A stretch of DNA of 64,000 nucleotides from contig JBNKOC010000028.1 of NCBI GenBank assembly GCA_050294405.1, positions 128,001-192,000 on the forward strand, written 5' to 3'. The notes beneath the pieces were generated by a model. That model was not told the DNA's origin, did not search any database, and saw only the letters and a list, made by a program, of their open reading frames with translations. The translations under genes were made by a program, and so were the position numbers. This DNA comes from Fibrobacteria bacterium (lineage in GTDB: Bacteria > Fibrobacterota > Fibrobacteria > UBA11236 > JADFYW01). Positions 39,971 to 49,601 of this stretch are shown one piece after another. How positions within the stretch are numbered: the stretch's first letter is position 1; every line of letters begins with the position of its first letter.

Positions 39971-40828
39971 ATGAAAGTGGGCATCAATATTTTATTGTGG
40001 ACAACCCAGATAACAGAAAAACATCTGCCATTATTAGAAAAGGTAAAACAAGCTGGTTATGACGGGGTAGAATTGCCTCTTTTTGAACCTTCCGTGGATT
40101 ATTGCAAAAAAATGGCTCCTAAAATTAATAATTTGGGTTTGGAAATGACCGCCATTACTTCCATGTCCCCTGAAACCAATCCGGTTAGCCCCGATGCTAA
40201 AATCAGAAAAGCAGCGGTGGAGCACTTAAAAGGAGTCATTGACTCTGCGGCCGAACTAGGTTCCCCAGTTATTGGCGGGCCATTTCACTCATGTTTTAAA
40301 GAATTCACTAAAAAAACGCCTTCTTTAGAAGAAATGAAATGGAGTGCTGGAGTAATGCGCGAAGCCGCTGAGTATGCAGCCACGCACAATATCGTTCTAG
40401 CACCCGAAGGTTTAAACCGTTTTGAATGCTACTTAATCAATACTTCTGCTCAAGCCAGAGAGTTGGCGCGACTGGTGGATCATCCCAACTTCGGATACCA
40501 TTTCGATACGCATCACGCTCATATCGAAGAGAAAAACTCCCAGGATTCCATAGAAAAGTCCGCCAAGGAAATTCGCCATGTGCACATTTCTGAAAATGAC
40601 AGGGGAACTCCTGGAAAAGGCCAGGTCAATTGGGAAGGTATTTTTGCGGGCTTGCACAATATCGGCTATGACGATTGGCTGGTAATTGAGGCCTTTGTCT
40701 CCACCATTGACGATTTTTCTGAGCACATCAATGTATGGAGAGATTTTTCACCACAAGATGAAATATATCAGGAAGGCGTTCGCTTTATACATGAAATGTG
40801 GAAACAAAAAGCCGGGCTTGCCGCATAG
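39971..40828 (+). CDS. D-tagatose/D-psicose/L-ribulose 3-epimerase family protein
   Basis: GYDGVE, EGLNRFE, FDTHHAHIEE, HVHISENDRGTPG.G, IEAF. Confidence 0.87.
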   Translation: MKVGINILLWTTQITEKHLPLLEKVKQAGYDGVELPLFEPSVDYCKKMAPKINNLGLEMTAITSMSPETNPVSPDAKIRKAAVEHLKGVIDSAAELGSPVIGGPFHSCFKEFTKKTPSLEEMKWSAGVMREAAEYAATHNIVLAPEGLNRFECYLINTSAQARELARLVDHPNFGYHFDTHHAHIEEKNSQDSIEKSAKEIRHVHISENDRGTPGKGQVNWEGIFAGLHNIGYDDWLVIEAFVSTIDDFSEHINVWRDFSPQDEIYQEGVRFIHEMWKQKAGLAA

Positions 40829-40851
40829 ACGGATAATTAAAGGAGTTAAAT

Positions 40852-41694
40852 ATGCCTAAAGTGAATGCAAATGGAATTCAAATAAATTACCTCGAAAGAG
40901 GTGAAGGAGAGCCTTTGGTATTAATCATGGGCCTCGGTGCAGATGGGCCTGTTTGGGAAGCCCATGTAGCTGAATTTGAAAAACATTTTCGTTGCATTAT
41001 GCCCGACAATCGAGGTGTAGGCCAGAGCGACGCGCCAGCGGGAAGTTATAGTTCCGAAACCATGGCCGATGACATTGCCGCACTTATGGATACTTTGGGA
41101 ATCGAAAAGGCCCATGTAGCCGGAATTTCCATGGGAGGAATTATTGCCCAACAACTGTCTATCCGACATCCCCAAAAAGTACAGAGTCAAATTTTAATTG
41201 CAACCTGGGCTAAATTTGACTCTTACTCCAGTGATGTATACAACAACTTGAAAAAAGCCAGAAAGGCTATGAAGTTTGAAGATTTTATGGAACTTTTATT
41301 CCTGTGGATATTTACTCCGGCTCACTACAATAAAAATCTTGAAGAATTGCGAAATAATATGAAGAATGCGGGGGGTTATGAATTTCTGCAAAGCCAGCAG
41401 GGTTTTGATGGACAGGCCGACGCCTGCATAAACCACGATACCACAAAATTATTAAATAAAATAACCCAGCCCACTTTGGTAACCGCGGGTACCGCAGATA
41501 TTTTTGTACCTTATCGCTTTTCCAAGTTTTTACACGATAATATTGCCAATTCTGAAATGGTTGACTTTGAAGGTTGGGGGCATACCCACCACTGGGAGGA
41601 TTTGGAAAAGTTTAACAGCACCTGTGTTGAATTTTTAAAAAGGCACGGTGGAATAAAAAAATATGAAGGTCAAAACGCCGCCGCGGCAAAATAA
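40852..41694 (+). CDS. Alpha/beta fold hydrolase (PcaD/MenH-like)
   Basis: DNRGVGQS, GISMGG nucleophile elbow, GTAD, GH. Confidence 0.9.
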   Translation: MPKVNANGIQINYLERGEGEPLVLIMGLGADGPVWEAHVAEFEKHFRCIMPDNRGVGQSDAPAGSYSSETMADDIAALMDTLGIEKAHVAGISMGGIIAQQLSIRHPQKVQSQILIATWAKFDSYSSDVYNNLKKARKAMKFEDFMELLFLWIFTPAHYNKNLEELRNNMKNAGGYEFLQSQQGFDGQADACINHDTTKLLNKITQPTLVTAGTADIFVPYRFSKFLHDNIANSEMVDFEGWGHTHHWEDLEKFNSTCVEFLKRHGGIKKYEGQNAAAAK

Positions 41695-41738
41695 TTAATG
41701 GGAATAAAAACAGGTTTATCCACAACAAAGGAAAAAAA

Positions 41739-42569
41739 ATGAGTCGTATAAAATTTGGTCAGGAAACATATGCCTGGATAATGTGTGGAGACAAATACAT
41801 TGGTAAGGTCGACCACATGGCAAAAATTAGCGCCGATGCAGGTTTTGAAGGCATGGAGCCAATGAATCTTCAGTTAAAGGAATACTACGATCCGGCCAAA
41901 TTAAAGGATACTTTGGATGCCAATAACATAACTTTATCTTCTCTGGCATTTGTTTGCGATTGGTTGAATCCATCTGAAACCGAAGAAGAACTTCAGGAAT
42001 CAGCACGCGGCTTGGACTTATTAAGCCATTTTCCAGGAGCTATGTTAATGTTGGTGCAAATGCCTCAAAAAGACAGAAGCAATCTGGAAGAAAGGCAAAA
42101 AAATCTGATGCTTAACATTAATGCCATTGCCAAAAAAGCGGCAGATAGAGGTATTGTTAGCAGCTATCATCCCAACAGTCCAGAGGGCTCCATTTGGAGA
42201 ACGGAAGAAGATTATCACAAGTTATTGCCTCAGTTGGATAGCCAATACATCAAATGGACTCCCGATGTAGGCCACATTGCTAAAGGCGGAATGGATCCGG
42301 TAAAATTAATGAGGGATTATAGAGAGCTCATTAATCATGTTCATTTTAAAGATATGAATGAAGATGGCAGTTGGGCCGTAACTGGAAAAGGCATCATTGA
42401 TTTTAAAACCATTGTGGAAGATTTGGATAAAACCGGTTATGAAGGATGGATTATTTGTGAAGACGAAGTGGATGATGCCATTGAAAATCCCGATGGAATC
42501 GCCCTTGAAGATGGCAAATACATTCAATCCACCATGAAAACCTGGCTCAGTGCCGAAGCCTTAGCATAG
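41739..42569 (+). CDS. IolE-like sugar phosphate isomerase/epimerase TIM barrel
   Basis: GFEGME, YHPN, PDVGH, HVHFKD, G.G.IDF, ICEDE. Confidence 0.8.
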   Translation: MSRIKFGQETYAWIMCGDKYIGKVDHMAKISADAGFEGMEPMNLQLKEYYDPAKLKDTLDANNITLSSLAFVCDWLNPSETEEELQESARGLDLLSHFPGAMLMLVQMPQKDRSNLEERQKNLMLNINAIAKKAADRGIVSSYHPNSPEGSIWRTEEDYHKLLPQLDSQYIKWTPDVGHIAKGGMDPVKLMRDYRELINHVHFKDMNEDGSWAVTGKGIIDFKTIVEDLDKTGYEGWIICEDEVDDAIENPDGIALEDGKYIQSTMKTWLSAEALA

Positions 42570-42575
42570 AAAATT

Positions 42576-44288
42576 ATGAGCATCGAATCTAAATACGCAC
42601 TTGGCCTTGATTATGGCACCAATTCCTGCAGATGTTTACTGGTTAACCTTACAACGGGAAAAGAAATTGCCAGTTCTGTTTTTTCTTATCCATCTGGCGA
42701 ACAGGGGATTTTATTAGACAAAAGAGATCCTCATGTGGCCCGCCAAAATCCCAATGATTACATCGAGGCCCTTGAGGTTAGTATTCCAGATACATTAAAA
42801 CAGGCCAAAGCAATTGACTCTGATTTTGATGCAAAAAACATTATTGGATTAGGGGTGGACACCACTGGAAGCACTATAATTCCGGTCAATAAAAAGGGAG
42901 AGCCTCTCGCCCTATTGCCTGAATTTAAGGATAACCTGAACGCGCACACCTGGCTTTGGAAAGATCACAGTTCTTATGAAGAAGCTGAGCATATAACTTC
43001 CAAAGCTAAAACAATGCGGCCTCAATATTTAGAGGCTTGCGGTGGGGCTTATAGTTCCGAGTGGTTTTGGAGCAAAATTTTACATTTGAAACATATTGAC
43101 ATGGATGTATATAATGCTTCCTTCAGCTTTGTGGAGCATTGCGATTTTATCCCCGCATTGCTAACAGCTAATACAGACCCTCTTTCCCTTCCACGAGGCG
43201 TTTGTGCTGCGGCCCATAAAGCCATGTATTCTTCCAAATGGGGAGGGCTACCGGATGCCGAATTTTTAAATGCGGTAGAACCCGGACTTGCAGAGTTAAG
43301 AGACCGGCTTTATGAAAACGCGCTACCAGCAGGAGTTAGTGCGGGCATGTTGAGCGAAGAATGGGCCAAAAAACTTGGTTTAACTACAAATGTTAGTGTA
43401 AGTGTGGGAGCTTTTGACGCCCATCTTGGCGCAGTGGGCTCAGGCGTTAATGAAGGAACACTGGTTAAAATTATTGGAACCAGTTGTTGCGATTTAATGG
43501 TGGCTCCCATGAGCAAGGGAGAGTATAATGTTCCTGGAGTTTGCGGTGTTGCCGAAGAATCTGTGATTGCCGGATTTTGGGGCATCGAGGCAGGCCAGTC
43601 CGCAGTAGGCGATATTTTTAACTGGTTTGTATCTCAAATGGTTCCCGAAAAATACGGCAGTTCTGCCGGTGAAAAATTTTCCAATTTGGAAAAACAAGCC
43701 TCCCAATTAAAGCCCGGCGAAAGCGGACTAATGGCTTTGGATTGGAACAACGGCAACCGCAGCCTTCTCACCGACACCCAGTTAAGCGGACTTTTATTGG
43801 GCCAAACCCTGCATACCCAGGCCCATGAAGTATACCGCACTTTAATTGAAGCCACTGCCTTCGGGGCTTTGGCCATTGTCAATCAATTGGAAAATTGCGG
43901 TGTGGAAGTCAAAGAAATAGTGACCTGCGGCGGCATCCCCGAAAAAAGCCCCATGTTAATGCAGATCTATGCCGATGTTATGGGCCGACCCTTGAAAATT
44001 GCCAAAAGCGCCCAAACTTGTGCCTTGGGAGCTGCGATTATGGGAGCTTACAGCGCGGGAGATTATTCTTTGGATGATTTGCAAGCGAGCCTCTGCCATA
44101 TGAAAGAAGATGTATACACTCCCATTCCCGAAAACCATCAAATGTATCAGGAACTTTTTTCCATTTATATGAAGCTTCACGATTCCTTTGGAACTAAAAA
44201 GCCGAGCATTTCCTTATACTCAGTCATGAAAGATTTAATATCCATACGCGAAAAGCAAAGAGAGGCCTCTCATGTTAGCGTCTCTTAA
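42576..44288 (+). CDS. araB: Ribulokinase
   Basis: GLDYGT, DTTGST, LWKDH, YSSEWFWSK, AFDAH, EAGQSAVGD, DWNNGNR. Confidence 0.93.
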   Translation: MSIESKYALGLDYGTNSCRCLLVNLTTGKEIASSVFSYPSGEQGILLDKRDPHVARQNPNDYIEALEVSIPDTLKQAKAIDSDFDAKNIIGLGVDTTGSTIIPVNKKGEPLALLPEFKDNLNAHTWLWKDHSSYEEAEHITSKAKTMRPQYLEACGGAYSSEWFWSKILHLKHIDMDVYNASFSFVEHCDFIPALLTANTDPLSLPRGVCAAAHKAMYSSKWGGLPDAEFLNAVEPGLAELRDRLYENALPAGVSAGMLSEEWAKKLGLTTNVSVSVGAFDAHLGAVGSGVNEGTLVKIIGTSCCDLMVAPMSKGEYNVPGVCGVAEESVIAGFWGIEAGQSAVGDIFNWFVSQMVPEKYGSSAGEKFSNLEKQASQLKPGESGLMALDWNNGNRSLLTDTQLSGLLLGQTLHTQAHEVYRTLIEATAFGALAIVNQLENCGVEVKEIVTCGGIPEKSPMLMQIYADVMGRPLKIAKSAQTCALGAAIMGAYSAGDYSLDDLQASLCHMKEDVYTPIPENHQMYQELFSIYMKLHDSFGTKKPSISLYSVMKDLISIREKQREASHVSVS

Positions 44289-44958
44289 AGAAGAAGTCCT
44301 CGAGGCAAATTTAGCCCTTCATAAAAGCGGCTTGGCCCCTTTAACCTGGGGCAATGTTAGCGGTCTTAGCGAGGATGGCCTGGTGGTTATTAAACCCAGC
44401 GGAGTCGAATACAGCAAACTCAAAACAGAACATCTGGTGGTGCTTGATTTAGAAGGAAAGCAACTTGAAGGGGATTTGCGTCCCTCCAGCGACACCCCTA
44501 CCCATTTAAAATTGTACCAGGCCTTTCCCGAAGTTAGGGGAATCGCCCATAGCCATTCTGTGTATGCGGTGCAATGGGCCCAGGCCGGCCGCGAAATTCC
44601 TCCTTTTGGCACTACCCATGCCGATCATTTTTTTGGGGCAGTTCCTTTGGCCCGTGGCCTCACCCCCGCCGAAACCGAAAGCGATTACGAAGGCAACACC
44701 GCCGTGGCCATTATTGAGCGTTTTAAAAAACTAAACCCTTTGGAAATTCCTGCGGTTTTACTTTCAGGCCACGGTCCTTTTAGCTGGGGAAAATCGCCCA
44801 TGGAAGCCTTCAAAAATAGTTTTGCCCTGGAGCAATGCGCCCAAATGGCCTTTGGCACTTTGATGTTGAACCCATCCGCCCCGCAGCTGGCCCCTCATAT
44901 TTTAGCCAAGCATTACAATCGTAAACATGGGGCCAAAGCCTATTACGGGCAAAAATAA
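44272..44958 (+). CDS. araD: L-ribulose-5-phosphate 4-epimerase
   Basis: TWGNVS, IKPSG, PSSDTPTH, GTTHAD, HGPF.WG, AYYGQ. Confidence 0.95.
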   Translation: MLASLKEEVLEANLALHKSGLAPLTWGNVSGLSEDGLVVIKPSGVEYSKLKTEHLVVLDLEGKQLEGDLRPSSDTPTHLKLYQAFPEVRGIAHSHSVYAVQWAQAGREIPPFGTTHADHFFGAVPLARGLTPAETESDYEGNTAVAIIERFKKLNPLEIPAVLLSGHGPFSWGKSPMEAFKNSFALEQCAQMAFGTLMLNPSAPQLAPHILAKHYNRKHGAKAYYGQK

Positions 44959-45035
44959 TTTTTGGGCGGTGTTCCATTAAGCCTTAAATTCAGTCCCCAT
45001 TTTTTATCTGTTGCAGGATTGGTTATATTATAGCC

Positions 45036-46457
45036 ATGTTTTCTGTGGATAAAAGCCGTCTAAGCATAAACTCCTTACCTCAGGTCCTGATACGGATCTC
45101 AGAAAAAATATCCCGGATTGGAGGGGAGGTTTATGTAGTAGGGGGCTGGGTTCGGGACAGGCTATTGAATATAAATTCCAAAGATTTTGATTTGGAAGTA
45201 TATGGCATTGGCAAGGAAGCCCTGGAAAAAACCTTAAAGGAATTTGGAAATCCGAATTTTGTGGGTAAGGCATTTGGCGTATACATAATGAACGTAAAGG
45301 GCCAAAACTTTGATTTTGCCTTTCCCCGCAGGGAAATAAAAATGGGCAAGGGGCACAAAGGCTTCGAGGTGGAATCAGACCCCGCTATGGATTTTAAAGA
45401 AGCCTCTTCCCGCAGAGACTTTACCATTAACGCCATGGGCTACCGCCTTTCCGATGGGGCCCTGGTGGACCCGCATGGGGGTTTTGAAGATTTGGAGTAT
45501 AAAATTTTAAGGCATGTATCCGATGCCTTTAGCGAAGACCCTCTAAGGGCTTTACGGGCGGTACAATTTGCAGCGCGCTTTGATCTTGATATACATCCGG
45601 CCACTCAAAAGCTATGCGCAGAACAGCCTCTGGAAGAGCTGCCACCCGAAAGAGTTTATGAAGAGTTTAAAAAACTATTGCTAAAAGCGAAAAAACCTTC
45701 TGCGGGAATGGAGTGGTTGCGGAAAATGGATTTGCTGCGTTTTTTTCCCGAGCTTGAAGCGTTAATTGGGGTGGAACAGGAACCCGAATGGCATCCGGAA
45801 GGAGATGTATGGGTGCATAATAACATGGTCATCGATGAGGCGGCCATTATTAGGGACGCTGAAATTTCAGACGATGCTCCCGACGCTGAATTTGAAAAAA
45901 TCAGTTTAATGTTAGGGGCCCTTTGTCACGATTTAGGAAAGCCGCGCACCACAGTTTTTAAAGATGGCAGATGGAGAAGCCCGGCTCACGATGTGATGGG
46001 CGAGAGGGATACCCGCCGTTTTTTAAAACGTTTGACCCGTGATGTTAAATTAATTGAACAGGTAGTGGTGTTTGTGAGGGAGCATTTAAAACCTGCCCTT
46101 TTGTACAATGCCCGGGAAGAAATTACCCAATCGGCCATTCGACGGCTTTCCCTGAAAGTGGATATCCAAAAACTGGTTCGTGTGGCTAAGGCCGATCATT
46201 TCGGCCGCACCACTCCTGATGCGCTGGCCCGGAAATTTCCTGCTGGAGAATGGCTTTTGGAACAATCGCGCTTCTTAAATGTATTGGATGAAAGGCCTAA
46301 GCCTTTATTAAACGGAAAAATGCTTTTAAAGCTAGGCCTAAAACCAGGCCCCATAATGGGAAACTGGATTCGGGAATGTTTTGAGTTGCAATTGGAAGGC
46401 CAAATTTCAACTGAAGAAGAGGCTTTTGCCTGGGCAGAGAAAAAAAACAACAGTTAA
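45036..46457 (+). CDS. cca: CCA tRNA nucleotidyltransferase with HD domain
   Basis: VGGWVRD, DFD, RRDFTINAM, EDPLR, HPEGDVW.H, CHDLGK. Confidence 0.88.
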   Translation: MFSVDKSRLSINSLPQVLIRISEKISRIGGEVYVVGGWVRDRLLNINSKDFDLEVYGIGKEALEKTLKEFGNPNFVGKAFGVYIMNVKGQNFDFAFPRREIKMGKGHKGFEVESDPAMDFKEASSRRDFTINAMGYRLSDGALVDPHGGFEDLEYKILRHVSDAFSEDPLRALRAVQFAARFDLDIHPATQKLCAEQPLEELPPERVYEEFKKLLLKAKKPSAGMEWLRKMDLLRFFPELEALIGVEQEPEWHPEGDVWVHNNMVIDEAAIIRDAEISDDAPDAEFEKISLMLGALCHDLGKPRTTVFKDGRWRSPAHDVMGERDTRRFLKRLTRDVKLIEQVVVFVREHLKPALLYNAREEITQSAIRRLSLKVDIQKLVRVAKADHFGRTTPDALARKFPAGEWLLEQSRFLNVLDERPKPLLNGKMLLKLGLKPGPIMGNWIRECFELQLEGQISTEEEAFAWAEKKNNS

Positions 46458-46491
46458 AATTGAATAAAAAATATTTGATTATATTCATATT

Positions 46492-47163
46492 TTATTCAAA
46501 TACAAGGCTCCCGAAAAACTCCGGTCTATGGAAATCCGGTTTTTCCGTTAAAACGGAATTCCAGCTTAAATAATGGGGTAGAGGCAGCTTATCTCCACAT
46601 TTATAAAAATTAGCTTTTAATTGAATTCCTTTTAGAGGCTTATTCAAAATTTGACATAAGGGAATTAGCAATTTCAAATTCCAATTCTTGTTGCTTTTAA
46701 TCTGAGTTGAGGTTTGGTTTTGGAGGGAGCTTTCCCTAAAAATTTGATTGAGCAATTTTTGGCCCAAAGGGCTTCGATTAGCCCTCTCCTTTCCAGTTTG
46801 GCAAAGGCAATATCCCAGGCAATTCCATTCAAAATTAATGTAGCTATTTTCGTCATTTTTAAAAAAGAATTCCACGCAACTGTCTTCATATACATTTTCA
46901 AAATCTTTTACTTTTTCAGCCAGTACATACGGCTCCTCCACATAAAAACAAAGCCCCAGTTGCCCATTGTTGTGAGCCAGGTAAACTTGGGCCTGTACAG
47001 TTTGAAAAGGCTCATTCCAGTGGCACTGGTTTATATGGATTTTGGAAAATTTGCTGAGCGCCGGCTCTTTATTTTTTATTAAGCCTTCTAAATCAGAAAT
47101 ATAGGGAACTACAACCTTTTCCATAGAAAAAAAATAAAAAGGATAAGGCTCTTTTAGAAGCAA
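46492..47163 (-). CDS. Carbohydrate-binding family 9-like (DOMON-like) protein
   Basis: VYEDSCVEFF, YINFE.N, ANFYKCGD..PHYLSW, PDFHRPEFFG; start uncertain. Confidence 0.8.
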   Translation of the reverse strand: MLLKEPYPFYFFSMEKVVVPYISDLEGLIKNKEPALSKFSKIHINQCHWNEPFQTVQAQVYLAHNNGQLGLCFYVEEPYVLAEKVKDFENVYEDSCVEFFFKNDENSYINFEWNCLGYCLCQTGKERANRSPLGQKLLNQIFRESSLQNQTSTQIKSNKNWNLKLLIPLCQILNKPLKGIQLKANFYKCGDKLPLPHYLSWNSVLTEKPDFHRPEFFGSLVFE

Positions 47164-47201
47164 TTGTTTTGAGATGGGTTCCAGTAGATTATATTTAGGA
47201 A

Positions 47202-47711
47202 ATGAAAAACTGGACCAATTTTTTAGCTCTTGTTTTAATCCTCCTTAGTTTTGGCTTGCTTTTTCCAGGAGTGTCTCTTCCAGTACTCACTATTAAAGGG
47301 GCTATATCCCTCCCACTGGTGGGTAAAATGGAATTGGGACAAGAAACCCGCAGTATTTGGGGAACTATACAATATTTATTCGAAACAAAAAACACTTTGG
47401 TTGGCTTTTTGATTTTGTGTTTTAGCGTAGTGGTCCCCATAGTTAAAGGGTTGCTTTTGCTATTGATATTATTCCCCGTGAGCTACGGGTTTCGAATTAA
47501 CACTTTAAAAGTCATTCGCCGGATTGGAAAGTGGTCTATGGCCGATGTGTTTGTGGTAGCGGTATTTTTAGCTTATTTGGCTACGGCTTCTATGGAAGTT
47601 TTTCAGGCAACATTGGAACGGGGTTTTTATTTTTTTCTGGGGTACTGCATCCTTTCGGTCGCATCCACGGAGTTTATTTTAATTAAAGAAAAGCCCAGAA
47701 ATAAAAAGTAA
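47202..47711 (+). CDS. Paraquat-inducible protein A (PqiA) domain membrane protein
   Basis: FSVVVPIVK, IGKWSMADVFVVA, GFYFF. Confidence 0.83.
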   Translation: MKNWTNFLALVLILLSFGLLFPGVSLPVLTIKGAISLPLVGKMELGQETRSIWGTIQYLFETKNTLVGFLILCFSVVVPIVKGLLLLLILFPVSYGFRINTLKVIRRIGKWSMADVFVVAVFLAYLATASMEVFQATLERGFYFFLGYCILSVASTEFILIKEKPRNKK

Positions 47712-47731
47712 TAGGTTACTAATTGCTAACA

Positions 47732-49501
47732 TCAATTCATGGTATAAATTTTACTCATGGACTCCATCAAATCCGCAAACTTAAAGGGCTTGTGGAGAAT
47801 GGCATCCATCCCCATACTTAAACATTTTTCCTTGGTGCCGTCATCGGCATTAGCCGTTAAAGCGATAATGGGAATTTGCTTGTCTAATCCTTGTTCGCCT
47901 TCGCGGATGAGCCGAGTGGCCTCAAAACCGTCCATCACGGGCATTTTTAAATCCATCAAAATTAATTTGTAATCATTTTCCTTTAGCATTTCCAAACAGG
48001 CTTTGCCATTTTCCGCCAAGTCTGCAGTAATGTTGTTTTTTTTCAACAATTTCAAAGCGACCATTTGGTTAATGGGATTGTCTTCAACTAATAGAATTTT
48101 TTCACCCTCTTCAAAAATATTGCTGTCAGATTTTTCGGGTTTAATATTATTGCCAGGTTTGTTGTCGGCAATGCTAAATGGGACCTCAAACCAAAAGGTG
48201 CTTCCCAAACCATATTCACTTTCCACTCCGATAACTCCCCCCATGAGCTCCACAATTTTTTTGGAAATGTTCAGGCCCAAACCTGTTCCTTCCAGGTTGT
48301 TAATCCGGGAGTCAAAAGGCCGGGAATATCGAGCAAATATTTTTTCCAGATTTTCCGGAGTAATGCCTATTCCAGTGTCCTTGATTTCGCAACGCAATCT
48401 GGTATTTTTTTCCGACTGGGAAATCTTGCTTATATCTATATGTATTTTCCCCCGATAAGTGTATTTACAGGCATTATTCAAAAGATTTAAAAATACCTGG
48501 GCAAGCCTGGTGGGATCTCCCGCTAAAAACGGGGGAATATCCTGACTCAAGGAGTAACTCAGAGTTATGTTTTTCCGATTAACCAATGGGGTTACAATGG
48601 AAATGGCATCTTTTAAACTTTTTTCAAGGCTAAAAGGGACGTTTTCCAATTGGACTTTGTTTTGTTCTAAACGGGAAAAATCCAATATGTTATTGATAAT
48701 CTGCAAAAGCATTTCCGAGCAATTTTGAATAATGGAGAAATGTTCTTTTTGTTGGGGCTCTAATGGCCTATCTGCGATCAATTCGGTGGCGCCAATAATC
48801 CCGTTAATAGGTGTTCGGATTTCATGGCTCATAGTGGTTAAAAAATCCTGTTTAGCCTGCCCAAATTTTTTGATTCTCTCCATTTGAATTTTTAAGTCCT
48901 GGTTGAGGCTTTCCACTTGCTTTCTTGCTACAGATTCAATCCAGGAACGCATCATAAAACTCACTAATATCAAAAAGATAAGAGCAGCAGTGGACAGAAA
49001 GGAAAAAACGCTGTTAAAACTATGGGGAATAGAATTGCTGAGTTCAACGCCATGGTGGTGGATAACTGCAAAGTAAGCCATGAATACCAGGGAAATACAG
49101 CTCCAAGCCACCACTAACATCTTTCCGCCTACCATTCCGGCAACAAGGGGAACTAACAAAAGGGAGCCGACAATGGGAGATTCTATTCCGCCCGTTAAGT
49201 AAACTGCATAACATATGGAAACAAGCGTCATGGCAGGGCCGGCTTGGGCAATAATATAAGGCCTGTTTAAACATTTGCTGGCGTAGAGAGCGACAATAAA
49301 TATCACGCCACCTAACGGCGCTATGATGTTCATGCCACCAAGTGGAATTCCAAAATGGAAGATTAATCCAAAACCAAAACAAAGAGGTAACTGGGAAAGC
49401 AAAAAGAACACCGCCACCCTTTGGCGGTATTTATTGATTAAATTCCCCTCCATTATTTTTTGGGGAAGAAACCAATCAATTATTTGTAATATTTTTTCCA
49501 T
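47732..49501 (-). CDS. Hybrid sensor histidine kinase/response regulator
   Basis: N-terminal TMs; [25 protein letters not shown]; receiver VEDN...MDLKMP. Confidence 0.94.
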   Translation of the reverse strand: MEKILQIIDWFLPQKIMEGNLINKYRQRVAVFFLLSQLPLCFGFGLIFHFGIPLGGMNIIAPLGGVIFIVALYASKCLNRPYIIAQAGPAMTLVSICYAVYLTGGIESPIVGSLLLVPLVAGMVGGKMLVVAWSCISLVFMAYFAVIHHHGVELSNSIPHSFNSVFSFLSTAALIFLILVSFMMRSWIESVARKQVESLNQDLKIQMERIKKFGQAKQDFLTTMSHEIRTPINGIIGATELIADRPLEPQQKEHFSIIQNCSEMLLQIINNILDFSRLEQNKVQLENVPFSLEKSLKDAISIVTPLVNRKNITLSYSLSQDIPPFLAGDPTRLAQVFLNLLNNACKYTYRGKIHIDISKISQSEKNTRLRCEIKDTGIGITPENLEKIFARYSRPFDSRINNLEGTGLGLNISKKIVELMGGVIGVESEYGLGSTFWFEVPFSIADNKPGNNIKPEKSDSNIFEEGEKILLVEDNPINQMVALKLLKKNNITADLAENGKACLEMLKENDYKLILMDLKMPVMDGFEATRLIREGEQGLDKQIPIIALTANADDGTKEKCLSMGMDAILHKPFKFADLMESMSKIYTMN

Positions 49502-49601
49502 AATTAAGGGAAAAATTGCGCAAGTACATTATACCAATGAAATGTTTCACATTCTTCCAATAATAGAAAAAATGTCAACTTCTAGACACGGACCGTTTTT
49601 T

